A DNA stretch of 64,000 nucleotides from Spirochaetia bacterium (GTDB taxonomy: Bacteria > Spirochaetota > Spirochaetia > DSM-16054 > Sediminispirochaetaceae): the NCBI GenBank assembly GCA_034520965.1, contig JAXHMY010000002.1, forward strand, positions 128,001-192,000, written 5' to 3'. Position 1 is the first letter of the stretch. Each line of letters begins with the position of its first letter. Shown here in pieces: positions 28,488 through 38,902 of this stretch. Under the pieces are notes generated by a model. The model made no database searches and had not been told where the DNA came from. It worked only from the letters and a program-made list of their open reading frames with translations. A program made the translations under genes and the position numbers.

Positions 28488-30451
28488 CTAATCTACCACG
28501 TCAGAATCAGGTTGCCCCGGAGCATCAGTCATATGCAGCAAACGGTTGATACGTTCCAGTGGGGGTATATATTTCTTAAATACCAACGCCGTTTCTTTCC
28601 CTGTTTCAGGGGATACTACTCTGAAGTGGCGTCCCAGACAATTATCAACCGGTTTACCCCGCAGTTCAGGAAAACAATCCTCTTGTATCGGGGTAAAAGT
28701 AAACGTGTCATCTACACGGCGAATATCTGCAATCACTCCTTCCAGCTTTATGGAGGTTATTTCAAAATCAGCTTCTCCTGGAGCCCCAATTGAATAACTG
28801 GTACCGGGGCTGAACCACTGTGTATTTCTTCCTAAAAAGTTATGCTGAAAATCGGCACGCATTTCAAGCCCGATATCACCGGGTTTTTCCCTACCGGAAC
28901 TGCGTCCTAAGTTACGTTTGGCCCTCTGCTGGGAGCTCCTGGTCTGAGCTCTTTCAGCAAAGGAGAGCGGAACTTTGTCGCGGTTCGCTTTTTCCCGGGC
29001 GGCAAAGCTTCCAAGTACTGACAGGCTGTCTTTATCGCTGGAAGCCTCGTTTAAACCCTTCCCACGCTTCTCTGAAGCTCTGAAAAGCTCTGTAGTTTCT
29101 TTTGTTTTGGAACTCTGAAAACTCTTAAAGGTATCCTGGGCATCCTTTGCAGGTTTATTTTTTCCGACTGTGCCGGAACTGCTTCCGTAGGGGCTTACTT
29201 TTTCTTTTGAACGCTGTGAAGCCTCGCTCAAACGGGTAGAAGAGTCATCCTCATCTTTCCGGAATCCCAGCCCATCCGCAAAGTTGCGTTCCGAGGGAGC
29301 ACGGGTGCTAAGACCCGTCACATCCGGACGGCCGGTTCCGACTGCTTGGCGACGTTCACTGTCTTTCCTGCCGACTGCTCCTATAAAACGCCGGACTAAA
29401 AACAGGATCAATATGAAGATCACCACCAAAAGTGCTATCAGCAGATAATTCAAATTAAAAGCAGAACCGCTCCCACCGCCGGTTTTTTGTGCTGCAGCGC
29501 TTACATCAAGCTGAATTTCCTGTACGAGGGGAAAGGCATTTGAAGCCCCTTCGATGCTCAAGGTAAGCTGGATGGTATTAAGACCTTCCACAGTATCCTG
29601 CGGTAATTCCAATTCAGCATTTAACGGCTGTCTCTCTCCGGAGGAACTATAACCGATTCTGAACCTTTGAGTAAATTTACTCCCCTCTGCTCTATACCGG
29701 TAAGTCGGACTTCTGTTTCTATGCTCCCGTGATTTATAAAGGTGAGGGGTAGGGTAAAACTTTGTGTGTCAACTTGAATAATACCGGAGGGATATATAAT
29801 TTCAACCGCGCCGGTAGCAGCCAGAGCTGTTTCATCCATACTCCCCTCATGGGTAACGACGCTCGAACCGAGAAGGGCTGAAAATTGTGCGAGAAGACCG
29901 GTTTGGAGTCCGGTGGTATCCCCACTGGGAGGAAATATCACCACATTTACGTCCCAGCCGTTACGCTTAAAATAGTCGGCAATGCTTTCCACACGGTTCT
30001 CATTCTCGGACGCATTTGCATAACTGCTGTCAAGTGGTGGATCATGCACATCATCGGAGATAATCAATAACTCTTTATTGCTGTGCAATGGAAGCTCTTT
30101 GGTAAAATCGCCCAGAAATTTTAAAACTTCTACAATATCGGTATGCTGATCCAAGGGTTTGATAAGCATCAACCGAGCTAAAACTTCTTCTATGTTCTGT
30201 TGGTCACGCAGGGGCCGACTGATTTCCAAATCGGCATTCCCCCCAAAACTGATAAGATGAAAGGTATCACGATAGGAAAGTTTACGCTTGATAACATCCG
30301 TCACCAATAATTCAACCTGGCTGCCCTTTTCTTGAAACATGCTTTTGGATGTGTCCAGCATGAGCACAAAATCGGTTGCCTTCTGTGCCCATAGTGGACT
30401 TGCAGCCACGGAAAAGAAAATTAAAAGCACACAGCTGAATTTGAAGAGCAA
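28488..30451 (-). CDS. vWA-domain membrane protein, split by an apparent frameshift at about 29640 (ORFs 29621-30586 and 28488-29612)
   Basis: Signal peptide and MIDAS DTSKS. One added base joins VIVPP to GERQPLNAELELPQ, followed by a TM helix and a cytoplasmic tail. Start codon uncertain. Confidence 0.75.
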
Positions 30452-30479
30452 CTGTGTTCGAACATGAGACAGCGAAGAA

Positions 30480-33167
30480 TTAGAACTTCGCCGCTTCGAT
30501 TTTTTTGATACCGTAATGATATTCACGTTCATTGATTTCAAATTTGACCTCTTCTCCCTCTTTGTGGTTCCATAGCTTACCACCAAAAGGCGACAGATAA
30601 GAAATTATATGTTTATCCGGGTTTGATTCCCAGGGACCAAAAAACTCATAGACTTCTTCTTTGTCAGTTTTGTAGTTGTGGAGGGTCACTTTAGTACCAA
30701 ATGATACTTTTGAAGGATCCACATCTTTTTTATCAAAAATTGTTGCCCGTTCGATCTCTTCCTTCAATTTAGCTGCACTCAAATTCAGCATTTCAAGTTT
30801 CTCTTTGCCGGCCTTATATTCAGCATTCTCTTTTAGGTCGCCAAGTTCACGGGCTGCCCCAATTTCCTTGGAAGTCTCGGGCATTTCGACATCAACGATC
30901 TGTTGCAGTCGCTTGGTTTTTTCCTCGTAACGGGGGGCTGTAACCAATAAGCCTCTTGATACGGTCTCTTTCTCTTCCTCGCCATAAAACTTGTAGTCGG
31001 GAAAACGCTCAGTTATTCTGTGTTTCAGTGATTCTCTGAGTTTTGGATCTAACTGATCGACATCATTTACAAGTGAGAAAAGCCTATTAATTGATTCCGG
31101 GTCAGTTTTCATTATGAACTCTTCCAGCTTTTCATCTCCAAACAGAAAACTTTGTATCTGTTTATTAAGCCGGCGGTTCACACTTACATCGCGTTTATTA
31201 TCAATTTCTCTGAAGGTAATATCCAGTAAGTGGACCATCCCAATAAGTACCTTTTCGTAGGACAGTCCGTATTTATCTTTCCACACATTCTCAGGAAAAG
31301 TTCTGGCAGTCCATATAAAGGCCTCGCGCTTTTCACGATATTGGTCGAGGAGAAAAGTAAATAATTCCTGCAGGTTATTTTGGTAGCCCTTATTCTCAAG
31401 TTCATCAATAATATATCTTGAAAGGTGATAGGGAAACAGCTTAACAAACAATTCGGGCCAGTTGGGGGAGTTGCGTTTTATTCTTTCAAGAAAATCCCGT
31501 TTTAGTTCATTGTCCTCAAGGTTTTGAAAGATAGTTTCAATCTCGCGCTCTTTTATCTGGTTCAGAAGATCTTTAAAACTCAGTTCAAGACCGGGATTTA
31601 AGAAGGGATAATCCCTAATAATCCGGTTTACAATTAAGAAACCGGCAAAAACGTTTTCATTTACCTGGCTGTAGGATTTAAGAAATCCGGTAAAATATTC
31701 GAACATTTCAGCAAAATAATCCGACTCAGGATCGCTGTGTTTAAGAAACTCTCTTAACACCTTCAGGCGGCCGAAAAAGCTTTTCTCCGCTCGAAAACGG
31801 TTGTAGGTTTTCTCTTCGAAACTGATAGGGGTATCACGAACAACGTAATGGTCAACTTTTTCAGGTAAGTTACCAAAGGATGAGTTTGTTTTAAGGATTT
31901 TTCGAGCCTCGGTACTCCAGCTTGTCCATTCATTCGGGGTAAGTACACTCGGCACCAGCTCAGCCTTAATTTGCTTCATATTTGCGGAATTGTCGTAGCT
32001 TTTTATAATTGTCTTTAAGGCCCAGAGAGGATCGGACTTAATTTTTTCTTTCAGTCTTTCCTGGGGCCACACTGCCTTGAGTACCCAAATGTGATCTTTT
32101 GACAGACTTCCCAGGGCATTTACCGCCATCTGCAAGCTCATTTTATGGCCGCGTTTTCGGGTAAAATCAATAACAATTGAATTTTCCTTAATTGAACGAA
32201 TACGTCCAATACCCCATGTTCGGTGGAACACAAAGTTTCCAGCATCAAAGGAGATGTGCTTTTCAAAATCTTCAATAGCTTCATGGACATTACGCCAGGA
32301 CTGGTTGAGATTGGAGAGTTTGATGTACTCCTCGAGATGACTGTGATCGGCATGTTTCTGTCGATAACAGTGGGTAATCTCCGCCCGGGCCCATTGGCTC
32401 TTTTGATCGTAGATGAGTATACGTTTGAGAATATCAATGGCTTTTTCCCAGTTTTCAGTCTCTTTATAGTGGGCATACAGCTCTTCGAGCAGCTGCGCCG
32501 CACGCTCCGCATTAATTGCGCGCTCCACTTTTCGTTCAATATGGAAAAAGAGGTCTGTTTCTTCGGGAATGTACTCTATCAGTTTATGCCAAATCTCTTT
32601 GATATTGGAAAATAAACGCTTGCTTATATATCGATGAACAGCCTTCTTATAATACTCAACAGCATCCTCAATCTGACCATCTGCTTCCTTTTTCTCCGCC
32701 AGCTGCTTTACTATATCTGCTTCATCAAAGTCAACTTTGATAAGACGTTCCCAGACCTTAAACTTTTCTTCAATTTCGTTCTCGTTTTCATAACAGTCAG
32801 CCAAAGTTCTGAGGGCAAACTTGTTTTCTCCAAACTCGAGTATACGGTTACAGAGATATTCAACAACCTTCCATTTGTGGTTATCAGTAAAAATACTAAT
32901 AACCTGAACCAGATTAGAATCATCAATTAGCTGTCGGCTTAAAGCGATAATACCGGATATGTACAATGCAATGATACTATTTCGAGTGTGCTGAAGGTGT
33001 TCATCGCAGAGCTCTTTTATCTCTTCCAGCTTTTCTTCGGAATCATTTGCATCTAATATTTCATCCAGCTCTTTAAAATTCTGAATGGTATAGCTATTTA
33101 GAGTAGCGCGGGTCCATTTTTCTTCATTCAGCAGCTCTCTTATTCGATCAATTGTGGTGTCACCCAT
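30480..33167 (-). CDS. greA: large spirochaete-type transcription elongation factor GreA (helical N-terminal extension + GreA domain)
   Basis: C-terminal ARELGDLKENAEY, VSFGTKV and ISYLSPFG; about 740 aa N-terminal region including FVFHRTWGIG. Confidence 0.92.
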   Translation of the reverse strand: MGDTTIDRIRELLNEEKWTRATLNSYTIQNFKELDEILDANDSEEKLEEIKELCDEHLQHTRNSIIALYISGIIALSRQLIDDSNLVQVISIFTDNHKWKVVEYLCNRILEFGENKFALRTLADCYENENEIEEKFKVWERLIKVDFDEADIVKQLAEKKEADGQIEDAVEYYKKAVHRYISKRLFSNIKEIWHKLIEYIPEETDLFFHIERKVERAINAERAAQLLEELYAHYKETENWEKAIDILKRILIYDQKSQWARAEITHCYRQKHADHSHLEEYIKLSNLNQSWRNVHEAIEDFEKHISFDAGNFVFHRTWGIGRIRSIKENSIVIDFTRKRGHKMSLQMAVNALGSLSKDHIWVLKAVWPQERLKEKIKSDPLWALKTIIKSYDNSANMKQIKAELVPSVLTPNEWTSWSTEARKILKTNSSFGNLPEKVDHYVVRDTPISFEEKTYNRFRAEKSFFGRLKVLREFLKHSDPESDYFAEMFEYFTGFLKSYSQVNENVFAGFLIVNRIIRDYPFLNPGLELSFKDLLNQIKEREIETIFQNLEDNELKRDFLERIKRNSPNWPELFVKLFPYHLSRYIIDELENKGYQNNLQELFTFLLDQYREKREAFIWTARTFPENVWKDKYGLSYEKVLIGMVHLLDITFREIDNKRDVSVNRRLNKQIQSFLFGDEKLEEFIMKTDPESINRLFSLVNDVDQLDPKLRESLKHRITERFPDYKFYGEEEKETVSRGLLVTAPRYEEKTKRLQQIVDVEMPETSKEIGAARELGDLKENAEYKAGKEKLEMLNLSAAKLKEEIERATIFDKKDVDPSKVSFGTKVTLHNYKTDKEEVYEFFGPWESNPDKHIISYLSPFGGKLWNHKEGEEVKFEINEREYHYGIKKIEAAKF

Positions 33168-33183
33168 TTTTCTCTCCACTCAA

Positions 33184-34155
33184 TTAGTTAATGTACTGTG
33201 TGTAAATGTGTTCGTCGATCATCTTTATCTTGTGTAATACCTCTTCAACCCATTCACGGTTCTCATGGGCATTTACATAATGATCGATAAGCCAGAAATA
33301 ACGGTTCAGCAACCGGGGAACAAGAGAGTCTTGTTCAGTATTGATCCCCTCTTCCTGAATCCGCTTTTCCAACGAGTAAATCGATTGTTTAAGCTTACCA
33401 TACTCTAGGGGTCGCAATTCCCGCTTTACATTGAGTACACCTAACAGGACCCCGTATACAGGGATCCACTCGTTTAACACTGCTCCAGCATACCCCATAT
33501 TACGCACTCTTGCAATAAGGCGGGTAATTAAACCGGATTCAAGAAAGGCAAGTTCAATTTTTTGGGGATTCATAAAGAAAGCCTCACGGAAAAAGGCTTT
33601 GGCCGCTTTAGTTTCGTCAACCAAAGCATAACAGTCGGCTATCTCGGCCAGTACCTCGGCATCATCTCTTCGCTTTCGTCCAGCACTCTCTAGATACTCC
33701 AAGGCTTTCTCAAAATCGCCGGATAACTTATAGCAGCGTCCAATATTCAGCAGAAGTCCGGCTTCGGGCTCTTCATTCGCCCGCACAACCCGTTTGAAAC
33801 TCACAAGAGCAGTGCCGAACACCCATTTACGTAGCACAAAAAGCTCACGCTCTATAGGAGCTTCCATCCGCGGCAGAAAAGCCTGGAAAGAATGCCACTG
33901 ACGAAGAAGAAATTCACCCCGTTCACAATCATCGTAAATTTCGTTTAGACGCGGTATCCGATCCTTCCAGAATTTACAGCATTTGAGCGTGGACAGGACT
34001 TCATCATGCTCAAAATCTATCTCTAGTGCAGATTCAAGCCGCTCTTCCGCTTCGGTGAACCGACCTTCCCGAATTTGCAGCTGAACATCTTGTAAAATTT
34101 CTTCAATATGTGGCGGTTGTGAAGTAGTCTCATCCATATTTGCTGCTAAATGCAC
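33184..34155 (-). CDS. TPR-containing protein
   Basis: TPR helices (LLLNIGRCYKLSGDFEKALEYL; VLAEIADCYALV); lies immediately upstream of greA. Confidence 0.75.
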   Translation of the reverse strand: MHLAANMDETTSQPPHIEEILQDVQLQIREGRFTEAEERLESALEIDFEHDEVLSTLKCCKFWKDRIPRLNEIYDDCERGEFLLRQWHSFQAFLPRMEAPIERELFVLRKWVFGTALVSFKRVVRANEEPEAGLLLNIGRCYKLSGDFEKALEYLESAGRKRRDDAEVLAEIADCYALVDETKAAKAFFREAFFMNPQKIELAFLESGLITRLIARVRNMGYAGAVLNEWIPVYGVLLGVLNVKRELRPLEYGKLKQSIYSLEKRIQEEGINTEQDSLVPRLLNRYFWLIDHYVNAHENREWVEEVLHKIKMIDEHIYTQYIN

Positions 34156-34227
34156 TTGCCCCTCAATATATTACCTGTCGCCGGAGAGCCTAAATAGACG
34201 ATATCACTCTAGTAAGTGCTCTTTTTC

Positions 34228-34255
34228 ATTATATCATGGTATTAACAATAGTCAA
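34228..34255 (-). promoter_or_regulatory. sigma-70 promoter for TPR-greA-vWA
   Basis: Minus strand TTGACT-N16-TATAAT with TGn extended -10. Confidence 0.75.
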
Positions 34256-34314
34256 TTAGATCCAAGGACACCCAGATGATTGCCATACCCGAAGGAATTT
34301 GGTACATAATATGT

Positions 34315-34974
34315 ATGAAACAGAATAAAAACTATTTGTACGCGCCTTCAATTTTGTCGGCTGATTTCAGTAATATCAACGCAGCTATCGAGCGCATCCA
34401 TGCTGCCGAGGCTGACTGGATCCATTTAGATGTAATGGATGGGCATTTTGTGCCCAATATCACCTTTGGCCCAAAACTGGTGAAAGATCTTCGATCCCAT
34501 ACCAAACTACCTCTGGATGTACACCTTATGATATCTGAACCTGAAAAATATGTGGAGGAGTTCGTCAGTGCCGGTGCCGATTATCTAACCTTTCATTTGG
34601 AAGCCGCCGTCCACGCCCATCGGATTGTACAACGGATACATGCGGCTGGAGCCTATGCCGGTATATCAATTGTACCTTCAACACCTGTTACTCAACTAGA
34701 ATCAATGTTACCATATATTGATCTGATACTAATAATGACGGTGAACCCCGGCTTTGGCGGACAGACCCTCATTCCCGAATGTTTAGATAAGGTAGACTAT
34801 CTTAAGCATCAGGCCAAGGAGAAGGGCTATTCTTACCTGGTTGCAGTTGACGGGGGAGTGAACCGGAGTACAGTCGAACAGGTACGCAATGCCGGTACTG
34901 ATGTCCTGATTAGCGGAAGCGCCTTCTTCAAGGCTGAGGACCCTGTGGATGAAGTTAAGGGTAATGCGGGGTGA
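34315..34974 (+). CDS. rpe: ribulose-phosphate 3-epimerase
   Basis: APSILSADF, HLDVMDGHFVPN, MTVNPGFGGQ, VDGG. Confidence 0.97.
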   Translation: MKQNKNYLYAPSILSADFSNINAAIERIHAAEADWIHLDVMDGHFVPNITFGPKLVKDLRSHTKLPLDVHLMISEPEKYVEEFVSAGADYLTFHLEAAVHAHRIVQRIHAAGAYAGISIVPSTPVTQLESMLPYIDLILIMTVNPGFGGQTLIPECLDKVDYLKHQAKEKGYSYLVAVDGGVNRSTVEQVRNAGTDVLISGSAFFKAEDPVDEVKGNAG

Positions 34975-35050
34975 ATAGCAGAACTGCTAAATAAATGCTT
35001 TATCTGAAGTTGCGACAGGTCGAGAATAAAGATGGGGAAAAGGTTTTAAA

Positions 35051-36031
35051 ATGAAAAAAATTATTGTAATGCTATTGTTAGCAACACTTACTACTCCGTT
35101 TAGTGTGTACAGCCAGGAAAGAGAAATACCTGAGGCAGTTAAGTCCGGGCTGCAGGCCTTCAGTCAGGGGGAGTACGAACAAGCGTTGCTCCATTTTCGC
35201 AACATTATTCTCGATTCAACCCAAACTGGGTATCATGGCGAAGCATATTACTGGATAGCTCGCAGTCATCTTGCACAGGAGCGAATCGACAAAGCAGCCC
35301 AGAATTTAGACTATTTTATCGCAAACTACCGGAACCATAATAGATACCCGGATGCTCTGTATCAAAAGGGACGGATTCTATTTTTGCAGAAAGAGCATGA
35401 GAAAGCAATACGGGCATTATATGAGTATATTGAAAACTATCCTTCCCATGATTATAATTCGAACGCTCTATTCTGGATTGGCGAGTCCTTTTATGCCCTT
35501 GGCCACTTTGACAAAGCTGAAAAAGTTTATTCTGCCTTGGTACGTGACTATCCACGCAGTTATAAGCTTGAGGCAGCCAGATATCGAAAATCCCTCATTG
35601 AACTCAAACAGCGTGAACAGAATCTACTGAAGCTTCTGAAAATCAGCCATGAAGAGTACCTTAAAGCGCTAGAAGATTTCCAACAACGTGAACGGTTTTA
35701 CGAGCAGGCCATTAGCAATTATCAGCGGAAACTATCGGCCGCTAGATCTGAGCGGGACAACGAAATGATCAAACAGCTAAATGCGGAATTAAATGCGAAA
35801 CAATCGGAAATCCAGCGGCTGCAACAGAAGCTGGAGGCCCAGGAAAGAGGTATAGCTGAATTGCAATCAAAACCGGAATCCGACGATCCCAGCGCAGAAG
35901 CAACCGCCGTATCCACGGATATCGCCGAACGGGATGAAGTCCAGCAGCTGCTTGAATTAAAAAACAAGGCCCTCAACCTCAAGCTGTTCTATGTTGAATG
36001 GCTGCAGCAAAATCGGGAGAGTAACTCATGA
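35051..36031 (+). CDS. exported TPR + coiled-coil protein (BamD/CpoB-like TPRs)
   Basis: Signal peptide; AYYWIA, ALYQKG and ALFWIGES TPR units; C-terminal coiled coil. Confidence 0.75.
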   Translation: MKKIIVMLLLATLTTPFSVYSQEREIPEAVKSGLQAFSQGEYEQALLHFRNIILDSTQTGYHGEAYYWIARSHLAQERIDKAAQNLDYFIANYRNHNRYPDALYQKGRILFLQKEHEKAIRALYEYIENYPSHDYNSNALFWIGESFYALGHFDKAEKVYSALVRDYPRSYKLEAARYRKSLIELKQREQNLLKLLKISHEEYLKALEDFQQRERFYEQAISNYQRKLSAARSERDNEMIKQLNAELNAKQSEIQRLQQKLEAQERGIAELQSKPESDDPSAEATAVSTDIAERDEVQQLLELKNKALNLKLFYVEWLQQNRESNS

Positions 36032-37129
36032 AGCGCCGAATAGTTGTATTTACCGCTCTTTTCATTCTCTTGCCGGCATTATTAAGCGGACTGACCTTGG
36101 AGCAGGGACGAATAAAACTCATTCTCCACGAGGATAACGGCCGTTTCTCTATATATTATCTTAAGGATATTGAAAAAGAGGAATATGTATCACTTTTTTT
36201 TGAGCGGGATCCTCGAACCAGTTCTACCGGAATTCTTCTAAATAATCGTATACATACCCTTGGTTCTTCCAATACCTTTTCACAAAAAGTCAGGAAAACC
36301 TCCGAAGGAGCCCAGTTTATCTGGACCTCTTCGAAACTTGAAATTCAGCAAACCTTCAGTTTTGTAAAATCAAGCCCCAACAGCCTAGTTGACGGGGTGA
36401 GAATCGATACTACTGTGGCGAATAGCTCCGAGAGTACTCAATCGGTAGGTATACATCATTTGTTCGACACGTACCTTGGAGAAAAACAGCAGGATGCCCA
36501 TTTTATTACCTCCGATGATCAGCAGCTCAATGGGGAAACCGGTTTTTCCCTGCAGCCGCCTAGTTACTGGATATCCCCTGCAAGTTCTACAGCTGAAGAT
36601 ACATCGGGTAACTTTGAAGGTTTTGTATCGATGCTGAAGGGCAGTGGAATTACATTGCCCGACAAAGTGGTGTTTTCCAATTGGAAACGGTTAAGTGAAA
36701 ACTTATGGAACCTGCAGGTACAGGGAAACAGAAACTTTAACTTGTTGCCCTATTCAATCAATGATTCAGCGGTTTGTCAGTTTTACGATCCGATAAAACT
36801 GATCTCCGGCGGCACACGCACTGTTACGGCGGTAGTCGGGGCCTTTACCGGAAGTCCTCTTCGCATAGGCAGTACAGCCGCCACCCTGTCGGAAGAAGAT
36901 AGTCTGGAAAGCCTTGAGCGCCTCCTTAGCAATACCAGAGAGGGGGGTGACAGCCAGACGGTTAAGGAGATGGTCCGAGAAGACCTCATAGCTGTAAATG
37001 ATATAATTTCACAGATAAATAGTCTGCTGTCGTTCCCCGGGGATATAAGCGAAGAAAAAAATAGCGGTTATTGAAAGGGCCCTCAAGAATCTAAGTGAAA
37101 AGCAGAAACAATATAAAAACAGCGAATAG
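36028..37129 (+). CDS. exported hypothetical protein (apparent extra A at about 37055-37061)
   Basis: Signal peptide and beta-rich body. Removing one A from the A7 run gives EEKIAVIERALKNLSEKQKQYKNSE* ending at 37129. Confidence 0.65.
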
Positions 37130-37152
37130 GCGCTGACACCGGAGTACCGTGG

Positions 37153-38253
37153 ATGGGAGGGAATGATCTTAAAAAGGCACATAAACTTTATCGCCAGGGA
37201 AAATATACTCAAATACTCCAGCTCTTGGAGTCCCAAATATTCAGATATCGCCAGAGCTTTCAGTTTTACTATATGCTGGGAATGTCCTGTCTTTACACCG
37301 GGGATTTCAGTGGTGCCGAATCTTACCTCCATCGGGCATTAAGCCTGAAACCAGGCAATAAAAATGCGCTACTGGGTATCGCAGTAGTCCATCTAAAACA
37401 ACAAAAAACATCCGAAGCCCTCAAAGACTGGTTTGAAGTAATCGATCAGGAACCGAAGAACCGCTATGCAAATCGCGGTCTGGCTGTGGTCCGGCAACAC
37501 GCTGATCCGGATGACCTGATTGCATTTACCGACAGCAACAAGCTGTACAAGCTGCTTCCAAAGGAAAAACAGATAAGTAAATTTACTGTTATTTCAGTTA
37601 TTTCGGCACTTTTACTATCTACTGCCCTGTTGTTTTATCCCTTGTACAGCAGCTATATACATAACATGTTCGCTCCAGAGGCCGAAAGACCGGAAATCGC
37701 GGCTTTAGACTTGTCGGTCGACAGGTATAAAGCTGAAGATTCTGCGGCTGCCGCCGATTCCGCAGAGCTTGACCTGAGTCAAGAAGAGCTGAAAGCGAGC
37801 TACCAAGATGTAGTGCGTTATTTTAATCGCTATGAAGATAATTTAGCACAGCGTGAAATCAACCGCATACTTTTATCCAACGCCTCTACAGAACTGAAAA
37901 ACAAGGTGAGTACTCTGGCAACCTATACCCGCACACCCAGCTTTGACAGCCTGGAACACAACTTCAAATTCAGGGAAGTGCAAAAACATCCGGCCCTCTA
38001 CCAGGATTGTTATGTAATCTGGAAGGGAAGGGTAAGCAACTTGGTGATCGGCGAAAGTTCTATTAACTTTGATTTGTTGGTCGGATATGAAACTGAGCAG
38101 GTTCTTGAGGGGATTGTACCGGTACAGCTTAATTTTGCCGCGCATATTGATCCGGCTTTTCCGATCGAGGTTTTAGGGAGAATTTACCCTGAGGGCAATC
38201 AAATTAATTTGGAAGCTAAATCAATTCATCAGTTTATTCCGGAAGAGGGGTAG
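37153..38253 (+). CDS. TPR membrane protein
   Basis: N-terminal TPRs ([21 protein letters not shown]), a central TM helix and a C-terminal beta-rich domain. Confidence 0.75.
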   Translation: MGGNDLKKAHKLYRQGKYTQILQLLESQIFRYRQSFQFYYMLGMSCLYTGDFSGAESYLHRALSLKPGNKNALLGIAVVHLKQQKTSEALKDWFEVIDQEPKNRYANRGLAVVRQHADPDDLIAFTDSNKLYKLLPKEKQISKFTVISVISALLLSTALLFYPLYSSYIHNMFAPEAERPEIAALDLSVDRYKAEDSAAAADSAELDLSQEELKASYQDVVRYFNRYEDNLAQREINRILLSNASTELKNKVSTLATYTRTPSFDSLEHNFKFREVQKHPALYQDCYVIWKGRVSNLVIGESSINFDLLVGYETEQVLEGIVPVQLNFAAHIDPAFPIEVLGRIYPEGNQINLEAKSIHQFIPEEG

Positions 38254-38257
38254 TACT

Positions 38258-38707
38258 ATGCGTGCAGTCATCCAGCGCGTCCACACATGTTCAGTGAGTG
38301 TAGATGAAAAGATAGTCGGAAGAATCGAAAAAGGCCTGTTGGTATACCTTGGTGTGGAAAAAGAGGATACCGAAGAGGACATGCGGTATTTAGTAGATAA
38401 AACCTTCGGTCTGCGAATTTTCTCGGACAGTGACGGCAAAATGAACCTTTCAGTGATGGATATCAACGGACAAGTACTGGTAGTATCCCAATTTACTCTC
38501 TGTGCCGATACCCGCAAGGGCAAACGCCCTTCTTACAATTCTGCAGCTTCACCTCATATGGGCGAGCAGTACTACAACCTGTTCGTAGATACACTCCGGG
38601 AAAGGGGCGTAAAAGTGGAGACCGGGGTTTTTGGAGGAAAAATGAGTGTAACCTATACCAACGACGGCCCGGTGACTATCCTGCTTGACTCACAAAAACT
38701 GTTTTAA
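38258..38707 (+). CDS. dtd: D-aminoacyl-tRNA deacylase
   Basis: [26 protein letters not shown]. Confidence 0.97.
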   Translation: MRAVIQRVHTCSVSVDEKIVGRIEKGLLVYLGVEKEDTEEDMRYLVDKTFGLRIFSDSDGKMNLSVMDINGQVLVVSQFTLCADTRKGKRPSYNSAASPHMGEQYYNLFVDTLRERGVKVETGVFGGKMSVTYTNDGPVTILLDSQKLF

Positions 38708-38780
38708 TTTTTCTCGAATTTCACTTTCGTCGGCACCCACGGTTCTGCACTAAATCTCAAGCATGAAATTCGATTGCTTC

Positions 38781-38810
38781 TTGACCTGCCGTTCGTAAAG
38801 CCTATAAGAT
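38781..38810 (+). promoter_or_regulatory. candidate recA promoter
   Basis: TTGACC followed after 16-18 nt by TATAAG/TAAGAT. Confidence 0.55.
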
Positions 38811-38902
38811 AGAGACAAGATTTTAACTACAAATCTGAAGCATACACGCGAATGCGGCTGTTCTAGTCTAGTAGAAAGACGCCTGTATTCGTAGGAGGAA
38901 AT

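Noticed and set aside
38731..38750. CGGCAC...TGC as a sigma-54 promoter upstream of recA (and TGGTAT at 861)
   Set aside because: The required GG-N10-GC spacing is not met
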